DNA of 64,000 bases, taken from the NCBI GenBank assembly GCA_035221665.1, contig CM069162.1, forward strand, positions 25,420,001-25,484,000. The letters run 5' to 3'. A model generated the notes under the pieces. It saw nothing but the letters and a program-made list of their open reading frames with translations. It did no database searches and had not been told where the DNA came from. This stretch comes from Okamejei kenojei. Its lineage: Eukaryota. Position numbers and translations under genes: made by a program. How positions within the stretch are numbered: position 1 is the first letter of the stretch; each line of letters begins with the position of its first letter. Below are positions 13,425 to 26,029 of this stretch, piece by piece.

Positions 13425-13702
13425 GTGGCTGCGGCGGAGCTGCTGCCTCACAGTGCCAGAGACCTGGGCTTGGGTACTGTCTGTGTGGAGTTTGCATGTT
13501 CTCTCTATGACTGCATGGGTTTCCTCCAGGTGCTCCGGTTCCTCCCGCATCCCAAAGACGAGCGGGTTTGCAGGTTAGTTTTCTTCTGTAAAATTTCCAC
13601 AAATGTGTAGGAAGTGGATCAGAAAATGAAATAACATAGAACTAGTGTGAACGCGTGAACCTGGTGATCTGAAGGGCCAGTTTCCATGCTGTAAATTTCA
13701 AT
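13425..13702 (+). mobile_element. tRNA-derived V-SINE (HE1-like)
   Basis: tRNA-like head, V-domain GTCTGTGTGGAGTTTGCATGTTCTC...CTCCGGTTCCTCCC, and CR1-type tail GAAGGGCC..TTTCCATGCTG. Confidence 0.7.
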
Positions 13703-15261
13703 GTCCAAAATGTGTTGGAATCCCCTGAACTCCAATTGTTACACCAGGTTTTTTCGGGATTGGCATCCTTGCTTTGTTTACTGGCACCATCCACCTGTGG
13801 TTGTAGGGTTTTGTGTGAGTCCCACACAGCCTCCTGTTGTCTGCAATCCTGGCAACAGGTGAAAGGCAGAGCGTGGTTTGACAGCAAATCTAAAGCTGCC
13901 TCTGTATCACAAAAATGCAAAATCCAGCGTCTGGTTTCAACACCAGGGTGTAACCAAAGTAATCAGGGTGTAATCAGAGTAAACCAAAGATCAAAGACAA
14001 AGTTTCTCTCCAACCAAAAAATGTTTAAATGTATTTAAACTCATTAAAACTTCAATCAGGGTGCACAGGTGCAGTTGGATGGAGAGATAGGTCTTGAAGG
14101 TGTGAATGGTTTATTGATGGGGGGGTGGGTGAATGTAAGAGCATTAAAAAATTAAGAGAATAGAAGCAGTGGAAGACCACTCGGTTAATGAGGCCATGGC
14201 ACCTCCAGTGGAGAGCACGAGAGATCCAATGCACTATTCATCAGAATGCTGCACCATTCCCTCAGTCCTGGGCTGGTGTTGCTTTAAGAACACAAGGACA
14301 CAAGGGCAGGAGTAGGCCACTCAGCCCCTCAAGCCCGTCCCACCCTTAAAAGTGATCATAATGTATCTGACCCATCCCTTATCTCTTCTTTAGCACCAGT
14401 TCCACATGGCCCTCAACTTCCTGATCTTTCAACGTTTTATCAACTTTCTCTTTAAATATCTGCAGTCATGCAGCTTCCACAAATCTTCAAGGTAGAAAGT
14501 TCTACAGATTTAACATTCTTATGAAGAAAGGTTCCTGCAGACTTCAGTTTTAAAAGGTTGCTCGCTTGGAATTACCTGGCTCATTTGAGAACCTCCCACC
14601 CAGGGAAAGATCTCGTGTCTACTCTGCCATGCTCCGACACATCCCTTACTTTTCAAAACTCTGAAGAGTAAAGTTATAATTTTGGAAGCTGCTAGTGATA
14701 AGTGATAAGACAACTCTTTATCCTAGGAATTTGTCTCGTGGTGAAGAAAGGGGGTAGGAAGAAGAACACAGTGGTTAAATGGAAACTCTTCCCAAATTAT
14801 TTATCTTCCAGACAGGGATGCAGTATAATAACACGTAGGGAATTAAAAGAATGGGAAAGTGGGAGAGAGTGAAAAAGGGAATGCAAAGGAATATGGGTGA
14901 GGTGTAGAGAGAAAGTGATAAGATAAAGTCAGAATGTGAGACAGATTGAATGTGTGAATGGGGGAAATGATACAGGGAAGGGAATGCTTGCCTACACAGT
15001 GTAATGGGAGCTTTGCCATGTAACCAAGTCATATTTTACCCTTCTTGTTTGATAGGAAAATAAAGATTTTAATTCTATAGCTCAAATAAAAGCAAAGAAA
15101 CCTTAGTGAATTTCTTTGCAAAGATTTGTGATAAAGAATAGGTATTCATGAAAATCAAAGAGAATCCTTTAATCAACATTCTTGCTATAATGAACTGTAC
15201 TCCAGCAGCTCGAGGGAGGTACTGAGCCTCTCTAAGCAACTGTACGGAGCCTCACCCAGAG

Positions 15262-15447
15262 CAAACACAACATGTTGGAGAAACTCAGCGGGTCAAGCAT
15301 CATCTGTGGAGAGAATACACAGGTGACGTTTCAGGTCAGGACCCTTCTTCAGACTCATTCCCTCCACAAATGCTGCCTGATCCACTGAGTTCCTCCAGCA
15401 CTTTGTGTTTTGCTCAAGATTCCCGTATCTGTAGTTCTTTGTGCCTC
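15262..15447. mobile_element. Penelope-pLTR-derived element with intact hammerhead-like core on the minus strand
   Basis: Minus strand 15352-15325 reads CTGAAGA AGGGTC CT GACCT GAAA C GTC. Confidence 0.7.
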
Positions 15448-15454
15448 AGCGTCT

Positions 15455-15803
15455 CCTACAGTGTAGCAGTGATGTTTCTTGGCTAGTACTCGAGTTCTCA
15501 ACTCTGTTAATCCAGAGACATAAATTTAAATGAATTTGTGCCAGCCAAATAATTTAAATGTAAGTAATTAATTAAACAGGGATTTTAAAAAGAAGCACCA
15601 GTTTCGGTAACTATAACCTTGAAACAACTGGGTTGTTAAAGAGAAGTCCGTCTGTATCATTAAGGAGAGGGATTCTGCCATGCTTACCCAGCCTGTCCAA
15701 GTCTTTAACTTGCCCCCTCGGTTCTGGCAGGGGTGATGAGAGATAGACCATAAATGTCACCATTGTCAATGATATTGCATCCTGTGAATGTATTAAAAAA
15801 AAC
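15455..15803 (+). mobile_element. Old Deu-domain / L2-tailed SINE (SacSINE1-like)
   Basis: Degenerate AAGGAGAGGGATTCTGCCATGCTTACC core and the tail CATCCTGTGAATGTATTAAAAAAA. Recognised from memory of the family consensus. Confidence 0.45.
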
Positions 15804-16159
15804 CTTCCCTTAAGGGAAAGAATTTCTTGCAAAACTTTTATAAAAAGTCTATTTTATTATCAATGAGCCGTGACAATTAAGCAGACATCATCATGAAAAA
15901 AACTTTGGAAAATCTTTTTCCTATTTCTAATAGACATCCCAATGAATCATTCCTTGAATGGAAGTCACCTGATGCTCTCCCTGTACAATTTAGTCAATGC
16001 AACATAGTTTGCCTGGGGTGATAATGACTACTGTAGCATCACAGTGATTGTATTTACCTGCTTAAATGTCAGCAAGTTGAGGGTTTTCATGCATCATTGG
16101 TTAGACTGGTGAGGTGGGGATTGATGAGTTGCAGTGAAGAAAGTAAAAGGGAGGGATTT

Positions 16160-16480
16160 CCACTTAGAACATAGAACAGTACAGCATAGAGACAGGCCTC
16201 TCGGCCCACATTGTAATTGCGGAATGTGCTGTCAAGTTAAACTAATCTATTCTGACTGCTTGAGATCCATGGGCTGCATATCCATGGGCGGATCTCAACG
16301 CTTGAATGCCACTGTTGCATCTGCCTCCACCACCACTCCTGGCAGCGTGTTCCAGGCCCACCACCCTCTAAAAAACGTGCCCCTCCACCTTAAAGCTATG
16401 CCCTCTTGTCTTGGACATTTCCACCCTGGGATAAAAGGTTCTTACTCTCTACCTTATCTATTCCTCTCATCATTTCATAT
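16160..16480 (-). mobile_element. CR1 LINE 3' fragment
   Basis: AGAACATAGAACAGTACAGC tail and typical CR1 3' sequence. Confidence 0.65.
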
Positions 16481-17642
16481 ATCCCTATCACTTCTAGCAA
16501 TTGTTTCAGTTTAAATTAACATGTTTCATTATGTGTGCATTTGGCAAACTTTTAATCAAATGCTTAATTGTAAGAGATTTTAAATATTATCGAACGTCAG
16601 TTTTTAAAATAAAGACTTTGAATCTTTCATAGTTTTGACAGCCAGTAAAGCTGAAACACTGCTTTGCCAGTAGTTCAAGCTTTCAGAGAAGTTTGGGAGG
16701 CTGTGCATCTACAGCATAGTGTCTGGCCGTGCTGCCAGAACTAATGAGATGTTGCTGGATTCTGGGGTTTCCTAGCCAGAAAGAGAGGACCTCTGCATCT
16801 GCTCCAGGGAAGTTTGGAATTGGGTGGCCAACAGGCAGTGATTGCCAGTAGCAGGTTATGCCGGCAGAATTTATCCCGTTATAAAATGTCCACAATAAGC
16901 ACACCATAATCTGTGCAAAGCACAAAGTGCTGGAGGAACTTAGCCGGGCAGGTAAGGATTTCACTCCACAATGCAGCCTGAACCATTGAGTTCCTCCAAT
17001 ACTTTGTGTTTTAGTCAAGATTCTAACATCCGTAAGTATTAAAAGAAAATTTGCCCTGGCATTAAAGGGATTAAAATATTGTGCATTCCTTTTCTCCTTT
17101 GTTTACTATTTAGAATGTATCGGAAGGTGTTTGGACAGGATCGGGCAGTGGGATTTGGGATTCATTACGTTCCATGAATACATCTAAGCAGAGTTGGTAA
17201 ATTCATGAAGTTTGGCAATTTACCTTTATGTGCCAGCATGGATTAATCCAAGGACAGGGACTTATATGACATAAGGAATGAACATTTATATGTAGGGGAG
17301 ATCATTCCTGGCCCAACCGGTTGAAATGCACAAGACTGGTTACATTCACTTGCAGACCTTGAAGGGACATATTCCAGGGTCTATTGGATTTTGTGCAGGT
17401 CTCAGTGGCTGCAGAGGTGGGTAGCTGAGAGCATGTTTAGTTCAGTTTAGTTTGGTTCTCAAAAAATGGGACTGGATCAACGGACAAATTAGCCCTTCCT
17501 ATTCTGTCTTTTAAATGCAATTGTTTTACCTTTCTTTGACCTCAGGAAGCCTGTAATACCTGTCTCATGTCCTAAGAGTTGAATATCATCAAACCCTTAC
17601 TTGAAGAATGGCCACAAGGCAAAATGGTCCACTACAACAACA

Positions 17643-17947
17643 TGGGCAGCACAGTGGCGCAGCTGGCAGAGCTGTTGTCAGAGACCCGGGTTCGATGCTG
17701 ACCTCTGGTGCAGTCTGTGTGGAGTTTACATGTTCCCCGTGTGCCCCTTTGGGTTTCCTTCAGGTTGTCTGGGTTTTCTCGCACATCTTGAAGAATGTTG
17801 TAGGTTAATTGGCCTCTGTATATGGCCCCTAGGGTGTAGGGAGTGGGTGAGAAAGTGGGATAACATAGAATTAGTGTGAACAGGTGATAGGTGGTTGGCG
17901 TGGACATGGCGAGCCGAAGGGAATGTTTCCACGCTGTATCTCTAAAC
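17643..17947 (+). mobile_element. tRNA-derived V-SINE (HE1-like)
   Basis: A box (TGGCGCAGCTGG), B box (GGTTCGATGC), V-domain, and tail CCGAAGGG..TGTTTCCACGCTGTATCTCTAAAC. Confidence 0.8.
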
Positions 17948-19319
17948 ATGTGACTGTAAGTTGGCGCAGGCATTGCTGGTCTCGGATCATTCATCACTGA
18001 CTACCCTGACATTTATCTCATGCCACATCTTCACTTAATCTTCCAGTGGATGCGACTGACAAATGTTTCACTGGCTGAGGGACACTGGCTGGGGAAGAAT
18101 GGTGTATTTTTCTGTGGCTTCAGCTGGGATCAGCTGGGTTCAGCTGACCCAGTAAAGGCTAATTCTACATATTACACCACTCTCACTCTCTAAACCCTTT
18201 TTACTCGCATGGAGACAAATTATTCTACAGTCAGTGAGAGGCACGAGATGTCTCAGTCTTGTTGTACGGTGGAGGGGACGGGGGAGGGGGAGAACGTGAC
18301 ACAATGTCACAGAGGAACAGTGCAAAGCTGAATTTCAAGAACTGGTTTGGACAATGAGGTAATTAAATGGGAATTAATCTTTCATTCTTCTTTTCATTGA
18401 ATTTCAGTCTGATATATAATTTATGTAGATTTTTAATAATTGGGTAGGATTACTTTAGCTCAATAATTTATGAAATTTTTAGGATCCCAGGACCGAGGTT
18501 ATACATGTAAGGACAGAATGATTAGGCCAGAGCTCTTTTCTTTTCAGAAGAGAAGGATTAGATGCCTGATGGATGAGGACCTGATGGAAGGAAGCCTTTT
18601 AGGTTACAGTTGGGAGTCAGAGGAGAGACCTGCAAAATATGTTTCCACGTGTATGAATAGCAAGCTACGAATATCACAGTCTTTGCCAAATCCAATGAGG
18701 AACATTTCCTGTGGATAAGGAACAGGCTAAAGCAAGGAACAGTTGAGGTGAATTTCAGAGATAGATTTGAGGGGGAGTGACAGGAGAAAAGCTACAGACA
18801 GGAGAAAAGGAACTGATATGGTACTGTTAGGATTGCAGGAGATAGTGTGAGGGGAGGCCAAGGCAGAGCTTAAACTCTGTCATTGATTGGTAGGACCAAA
18901 TGCTTATTCATATGCTGTAAAATGAATGTAAATGTTTGTATGTTCAAACAGCCCAGGAAATATTTGTATGCACATGAGTGATGCCTCCTACAGCCCACAA
19001 GCCAGCTGAAAGAGAGGAAGCACATTGTCATTTACCACCGGGTTGGACATTGCGTGTCAAGGATTTTGCTCTGTTTGTTAACTTAGTCAGCTCCACAATT
19101 GCCACAGGTTGATCTTTCACCATTTAATTGAATTTCTCATCATGTTTGCTTTTATTATTTCTGTCAAAGCTCAAATTCATCAGTATTTATAGGTCTCTTT
19201 TTATGGTTATCTCCTGAAACATTCCAATGTGATAAATTTCCTTCTTTGTAAAGCAATTTTACAGTCAAATTCGTATTAATTCATTCACAGAATGTTGATT
19301 TCCTGGAAATGCATTTGAA

Positions 19320-19990
19320 ACATATAAACATAGAAAATAGGTGCAGGAGAAGGCCATTTGGCCCTTCGAGCCAGCACTGCCATTCATTGTGATCATGGCT
19401 GATCATAAACAATCAGTAACCTGTTCCTGCCTTCTCCCAACACCCCTTGATTCCGCTAGCCCCAAGAGCTCTATCTAATTATCTTTGAAATTCATCCAGT
19501 GAATTGGCCTCCACTGCCTTCCGTGGCAGAGAATTCCTCTGGAAATTTCTCATCTCAGTTTTATATGGCCTCCCCTTTATTCTCAGATTGTGGCCCCTGG
19601 TTCCGGACTCCCCCAACATTGGGAATTTTTTTCCTGCATCTAGCTTGTTCAGTATCTAATTTTTCCTGCATCTACCTTTTATAATTTTATATATTTTCTA
19701 TAGGATCCCCCCTCATCCTAAATTCCAGTGAATACAAGCCCAGTCTTTCCAATCTTTCCACATATGACAGTCCCGCAATCCTGGGGATTAACCTCGTGAA
19801 CCAACGCTGCACTGCCTGAATAGCAAGGATGTCCTTCGTCAAATTAGGAGACCATAACTGCACACAATACTCCAGATGTGGTCTCACCAGGGACCTGTAC
19901 AACTGTAGAAGGACCTCTTTACTCAAATCCTGTTGTTATGAAAGCCAGCATGCCATTAGCTTTCTTCAATGCCTTCTATACCTGTATGTT
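19320..19990 (-). mobile_element. CR1 LINE 3' fragment (ORF2 C-terminus)
   Basis: Peptide LYRSLVRPHLEYCVQLWSP...YVERLERLGLYSLE and a (CATAGAAA)-type tail. Confidence 0.85.
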
Positions 19991-21412
19991 TATTGCCCAA
20001 CCCTAATTGCCCTGGACAAGACGGTGGTTATTGCCTCTTGAGCCATCACAATGTAAGTGTTGATGGTGATTCCACACCGAGCAGGATTTCCAAGATTTTG
20101 ATCCGGAAATAACAATGGAAAATTCCATTTTTTTCATGTCTGGGTGGAATGTGAGATGGGGTTGTAAGGGGGAATCCTTCCCAAGTACCTGCTGTCCTTG
20201 TTCTTAGAGTCTGCAGCAAGGGGAAGTATTTCCAAAAGACAATTTTGTAAGTTCTTGCAGTGCATTATGTACATAAAAATTACTGCAGCCATGGTGTGTA
20301 AATATTTAATATTTAAAGAGGAGCATGGTGTACTAGTTAAGTAGACGGCTTTGTCCTGGATGGTGTTATTGGAGCTGCATTGATCCAAGCAATCATCATG
20401 TATCATGTCAGTCTGAAGGGTCTCACCCAAAACACTGTCTGTCCAATCCCTAGCCTGCTGAGTTCTTCCAACACTGTTTTGCTCAACATTCCAGCATCTG
20501 CAGTTCCTTGTGTCTCCATGCATCACTACCTGTTTCTAACTTATGCCCTACAAATGATGGAAATGCTTTGAGGGGATCGAAGTTGAGTTACTGGCAGTTG
20601 GATGCCTAGCCTTTGACCTATACTTGCAGCAATGCGTGTTGTAGAACATGTATCTGGAGCAGATAATTAATTGCAAGGTATCGATTAGCCATGATATAAG
20701 GATAACAGGTTCAAGGGACTGAATGGCCTATCCTGTTCCCACATTTCTCTGGACTAAAATAAAGCAAGGTTTATCTAATTACATTTCATATTACAGTAGT
20801 GACTAGCCTGGGAAAGTACCTGGTGAACTGTAAAGCCCCTAGGAAATCTGGAGACTATGCTAGATGTTTCACATTTAACTGAATCTTGGCAGAATTTGGC
20901 AAAAATCTCGGAACAAAATCATGAAATTAATAAAGGATGTGAAGAACAAATGCTTGCAAAGGAGGTCCTACTGTTAGGTGTGTTCAGAATTATGCGTTGG
21001 AGCAGGGAATGTGTGTGTGTGTGTGGTGAGAGGGGAGAATGGGTTGGAACAGCACTGCCTGCAGTTGCTGGATGTGTCAGGCAGATGGCGCTTGGAGCCA
21101 ATGTGCTCCAGTACAGAGCAATTCGACAAGGGAAGAGGTCCAGAGTTCCCAGCGAATTTTTCTTGTTTATCTTATTCCTCTTAAAATCCCACCAAGACCA
21201 CAAATCACAAACTCCTAATCTCTTCACACCCTGTCCCAATTAGCAATCTCCAGTTCCCAACCTTCAGTTCCAACTCACTGTCAGTATCCACCACTCCTGC
21301 CTCTTATGAAAAGCAAACTCAAAGGTAATGGGGAATCTGGTGATTTGATAACATCGTAAGGATGGGACAAAGAGCAGTTGAGCAAATGAAAATACTGCGA
21401 CCTACACAAGAT

Positions 21413-22600
21413 ACAGTCATAGAGTGATACAGTGTGGAAACAGGCCCATCGGCCCAACTTGCCCACATCGGGAAACATGTTTCAGCTACACTAGTCCCAC
21501 CTGACTGCGTTTGATCCATATACCTCCAAACCTGTCATATCCATGTACCTGTCCAACTGTTTCTTAAATATTGGGATAGTCCCTGCCTCAACTACCTTCT
21601 GTGGCAGCTAGTTCCTTCCACCCACTACCCTTTGTGTGAAAAGGTTACCCCTCAGATTCCAATTCAATATTTTCTCCTTCACCTTAAACCTATGTCCTCT
21701 GGTCCTCGATTCACCTACTCTGGGCAAGAGACTCCGTACATCTACCCGATCTATTTCTCTAATGAATTTAATATTTAAGAATAAGGAGTAAGCCATTTAT
21801 TTATTTTTAAATATATTTTTATTGGAAGTGTAAACACATAATAGCAACATGGTTTGTTTATCAATTACATTCATACAAAGCTTCTGTTCTTTTTATAGAA
21901 TTTTTTAAAAGATGGAACTGAAAAAAAAGGAGAAAAAAAAGGAGAGAAAAAACAAAAAAAACTAAGATAATTACCAATAACAGTTTTGGAGATAGGTCCG
22001 TAGATTATAAGGCGTAATTATTCATCTAATCCTGAGAGGAGTAAGCCATTTAGAACGGAGATGAGGAAACACTTTTTCTCACTTCTTAAGTGGTAAGTCT
22101 GTGGAATTCTCTGCCTCAGAGGGCGGTGGAGGCAGGTTCTCTGGATGCTTTCAAGAGAGAGCTAGATAGGGTTCTTAGGGTTATAGGGTTTATAGGGTTA
22201 AAAATAGTGGAGTCTGGGGATATGGGGAGAAGGCAGGAACGAGGTACTGATTGGGGATGATCATCCATGATCACATTGAATGGCGGTGCTGGCCCGAAGG
22301 GCTGAATGGCCTACTCCTGCACCTATTGTCTAATGATTTTATACACCTCTATAAGACCCTCCTGTGCTTCAAAGAATAGAGTCCCAGCCTATTCAATCTC
22401 TGCCTTTTACTCGGACCCTCTAGCCCTGGCAACATCCTTGTAAATCGTCTCTGTACCTTTTCCAGCTTGACAACATCTTTCCTATAACACGGTGCCCAGA
22501 ACTGAACACAATACTCTAAATGTGGCCTCACCAATGTCTTTTCCAACTGCAACATGAACCTTCCAACTTCAATACTCAATACTCTGACTGATGAGACACA
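21413..22600. mobile_element. Nested CR1 fragments plus an L1/Tx1-like 3' insertion
   Basis: A minus CR1 (SRTRGH, LVRPHLEYCVQFWAP) is split by a plus CR1 3' end (21776-22333), which is itself split by 21800-22036. Confidence 0.8.
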
Positions 22601-23104
22601 AGGAAACAATGCTGAAATCTTGAACAAACCACAAAGTGGTGCAAGAGTTTGAAGAAGGGTCTTGACCTAAATCTTTGCCTGACCCCCCCCCCCCCCCCAT
22701 ACAAATGCTCCCTGACCTGCTGAGTTCCTCCAGCATTTTGTGTTTTGACTTATCCAAGATCTTCACACAGCCCATAGATATGGAAATAGCACCTCAGCAC
22801 AGGAGTAATCTATGGATGTGCTTTCAAGTGGAAAAGGTGTGAAGGAGAGTGTTTGTCTGCTATGTAATTATCAAAATTTGCAGAATACAGGGAGGCTATT
22901 TAGTCCATTGTGTATTGACGGCCCTTTGTTAAAGCAGAGTGTTACTAATCCAGATTCCCCATTATTTCCTCAAAACTATGCAGCCTTCTCTTTCTCAAAA
23001 ATGACCTAATGTTTCCGTAATAGGTATACTAACCTCTGCTTCAGCTATTCCTTGTGCCAAAAACCCTCTTTCTAAAGCAACCTCTTCTAAATGCTCCCTT
23101 CATA

Positions 23105-24040
23105 TAAGAAACATATAAGATTGTTAAGGGTTTGGACACGTTAGAGGCAGGAAACATGTTCCCGATGTTGGGGGAGTCCAGAACCAGGGGCCACAGTTTA
23201 AGAATAAGGAGCAAGCCATTTAGAACGGAGACGAGGAAACCCTTTTTCTCACAGAGAGTGGTGAGTCTATGGAATTCTCTGCCTCAGAGGGCAGTGGAGG
23301 CGAGTTCTCTGGATGCTTTCAAGAGAGCTACATAGGGCTCTTAAAAATAGCGGAGTCAGGAGATATGGGGAGAAGGCAGGAACAGGGTACTGATTGGGGA
23401 TGATCAGCCATGATCACATTGAATGGCGGTGCTGGCTCGAAGGGCCGAATGGCCTACTCCTGCACCTATTGTCTATTGTCTATTCTGTCACCAACTACAC
23501 ATCCAGATGAACTAAACATACTGAAGAACATGTACAGCACTGGAACAGGCTCTATGGTCCATAATGTTCATGCCAAACGCGATGCCAAGTTATACTAATC
23601 TCATCTACCTGCACATGATCCATATCCCTCTATTGCCTGCATATCCACATTCCTTTTTAAAAACCTATTAAATGCCTTGATCATATCTGTCTCCACCACC
23701 CCTGACTGTGTGTTCCAAACACCCACCACTCTCTGTGTAAAAAACTTGTCCTGCACATCTACTTTAAACTTTGCCTCTATCACCTTCAAGCTATGACCTC
23801 TAGTCTTTGAAATTTCCACCCTGGGAAAAAGATTATGACTATTTACCCTATCTATGCCTTTCATTATGATTACGGGTATTTTAAAGTGGAGATGGACAGA
23901 TTCTTGGTTAGTTAGGGTGTCAAAGGTTACGGGGAGAAGGCAGGACAATGTGGTTGAGAGGGAAAGATAGATCAACCATGATTGAATATGAGAGTAGACT
24001 CGATGGGCTGAATGGTTTAATTCTGCTCCTATGACTTATG
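23105..24040. mobile_element. Three adjacent CR1 3' fragments (+, -, +)
   Basis: SRTRGHSLRI..FFSQRVVSLWNSLP and SKTRGHSLKV..FFTQRVVGVWN peptides, with GAATGGCCTACTCCTG tails. Confidence 0.82.
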
Positions 24041-24042
24041 AG

Positions 24043-25592
24043 TAGAGCCAAGCTTTTGCCATAAATGCCATGTGCCTTTTCATGCCTTTTTTGATGATTT
24101 CACCAGGATAATGCCTTTTTCATGATCGAGTGCCCAAATCAGCCTTTTTTTGCCATTTTGCTAAAAGGCTGTGCTATTTTCTCTAATTGTACCGTGATTA
24201 TAATGACGTTTTCTATGTTAACACATTAATATTAATGTTATTATTAACATGTTAACATAGTATAACTTACAAGAAAATTTCCACCACTGGGGCAAAACCG
24301 GGGGCGCCACCGTCGTTGTTCATTCGTTCGTGCTGCTGCCCGCTGGTTCAGCTTTCTCCAAGATCTATTTAAGAAAGAACTGTAGTTGCTGGAAAAATCG
24401 AAGGTAGACAAAGAATGCTGAAGAAACTCAGCGGGTGAGGCAGCATCTATGGAGAGAAGGAATAGACAACGTTTCGGCTCGAGATCTTTCTTCAGACGGA
24501 TTTGGGGAGGGTCGGGAAAAAGAAAGGAAGAGGCGGAGACAGTAGGATGAGTAAACAGTAGAATGAGAGCTGGGAAGGGTAAGGGGGAGGAGGGAGACTA
24601 TAAGGGCTATCTAAAATTAGAGAAGTCAGTGTTGATACCACTGGGACTACAGAAGCGAAATACCCAAGCTTGTCTCCTCATCACATTTACTGCCTGCTCC
24701 AGTCACAATTCTGAGTTTGAGTGATCTGTGCAAGGCATTCATTGATGCTGGAATTCCACTGTGGAAATTGGAAAACAAATTTCTCAGAGTTTTTTTTAGA
24801 GAAATACACTGAGGAACATATACCAATCGAGTCATCATTACCAAAAAAAAATTATGTTGATAGTTTCAACATTGTTGTGCAGAAAATTAGAGATGAAGTT
24901 GCACGCAACAAAATATGGATCTCAATAGATGAGACAACCGATGCTGTGGGTAGATATGTTGCCAATGTGGTCATCGGTACACTGGAGGCAGGTCAACCAT
25001 CAAAGGAGTATTTGCTTCTAATTTTGCAAACTTCCCACAAGCTATCACTTCCCTTGAGAAACGTGGTGAAACATTAGTCAATAACTTGCAGGATTTCATC
25101 AAAGAAGATATCTGTAAAATTCCTGGCGATGTAGGTAAAGACATACAAGGAAAATGTGAGAGAGTGATTTTAGCTAACAAAGATCTTGAAGAAATACAAA
25201 ACATAGCTAAAGTTCTCAAAGGTAGTTGTAATGCACAAGATATCGACATGAATATAGAGTCTGTAGCTTGTTTTGGGTATGCACCAGTGTCCTCACTTGA
25301 GGTAGAAAAAAGTTTTTCATAACTGAAGCATATTCTGCCTGACAGAAGGCATAGTTTAACATCAGATAATTTGAAACAAATGCAAGTAATTATGTGCAAC
25401 CAGGAAACTTTGGTCATTTAATGTAGAATACCTTTATATTATCTTTTTTAACCATATTTTGGTGGTGGAAATACATGCCTTTTTATGCCTTTTTTGTCAA
25501 TAAATGCCTTTTTCGTGCCTTTTTTGTAATTATATAATGCCTTTTTGCCTTCCTATTTCAGAGTTTTTTAGTGCCTAAACATCCTGGCTCTA
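24043..25592 (+). mobile_element. Decayed, internally deleted hAT DNA transposon (hAT19/CGGBP1-like transposase remnant)
   Basis: Termini TAGAGCCA (24043) and TGGCTCTA (25592), flanked by CTTATGAG / CTTATGAA (8-bp TSD, 7/8 match). Remnant peptides include IWISIDETTDAVGRYVANVVIG and the hAT C-terminal APVSSLEVEKSFS..ILPDRRHSLT. Frameshifts and stops are present. Confidence 0.8.
24370..24670 (-). mobile_element. Penelope 3' end / pLTR nested inside the hAT element
   Basis: The minus strand encodes the PLE C-terminus PSGINTDFSNFR*, then a pyrimidine tract, a hammerhead-like CTGAAGAAAGATCTCGAGCCGAAACGTT, and the common tail. Confidence 0.7.
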
Positions 25593-26029
25593 CTTATGAA
25601 CATATGAATTTTACATAATCCAGGTTTGTACCTCTCCTTATACTAATACTCCCTAATCCAGCATCAGTCAACCTCTTCTCTTTCCCCTGACTTTCCAGAC
25701 CAGACTGCATGCAGTACTCTAAATACCTATAAAGCTGCATCATGACTTCCTGACTTTTTCTCAATGTCCTGACCAATGAGGGCGAGCAGACTGTAAACCT
25801 TTACAATTCACCTTCACAAAACCCTTCACACTGTTACACTTGGCAATTAAAACTCTCAACATTCCATGCCAATCTATATTCCTATCCCTGGCATCATCTC
25901 TGGCTTTAATTTTCCCTCTGACATCAAGGTCCCTCCACTCCAGAATCACTATATCCCTATTTACTAAACCATACATCTCACATCAGTGGTGATCTCAGCT
26001 ATCCAAAGTGTAGACAAGTCAGGCTATAT

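Noticed and set aside
17643-17710. tRNA-like A/B boxes
   Set aside because: These are SINE heads rather than tRNA genes: there is no cloverleaf and they continue into the V-domain.
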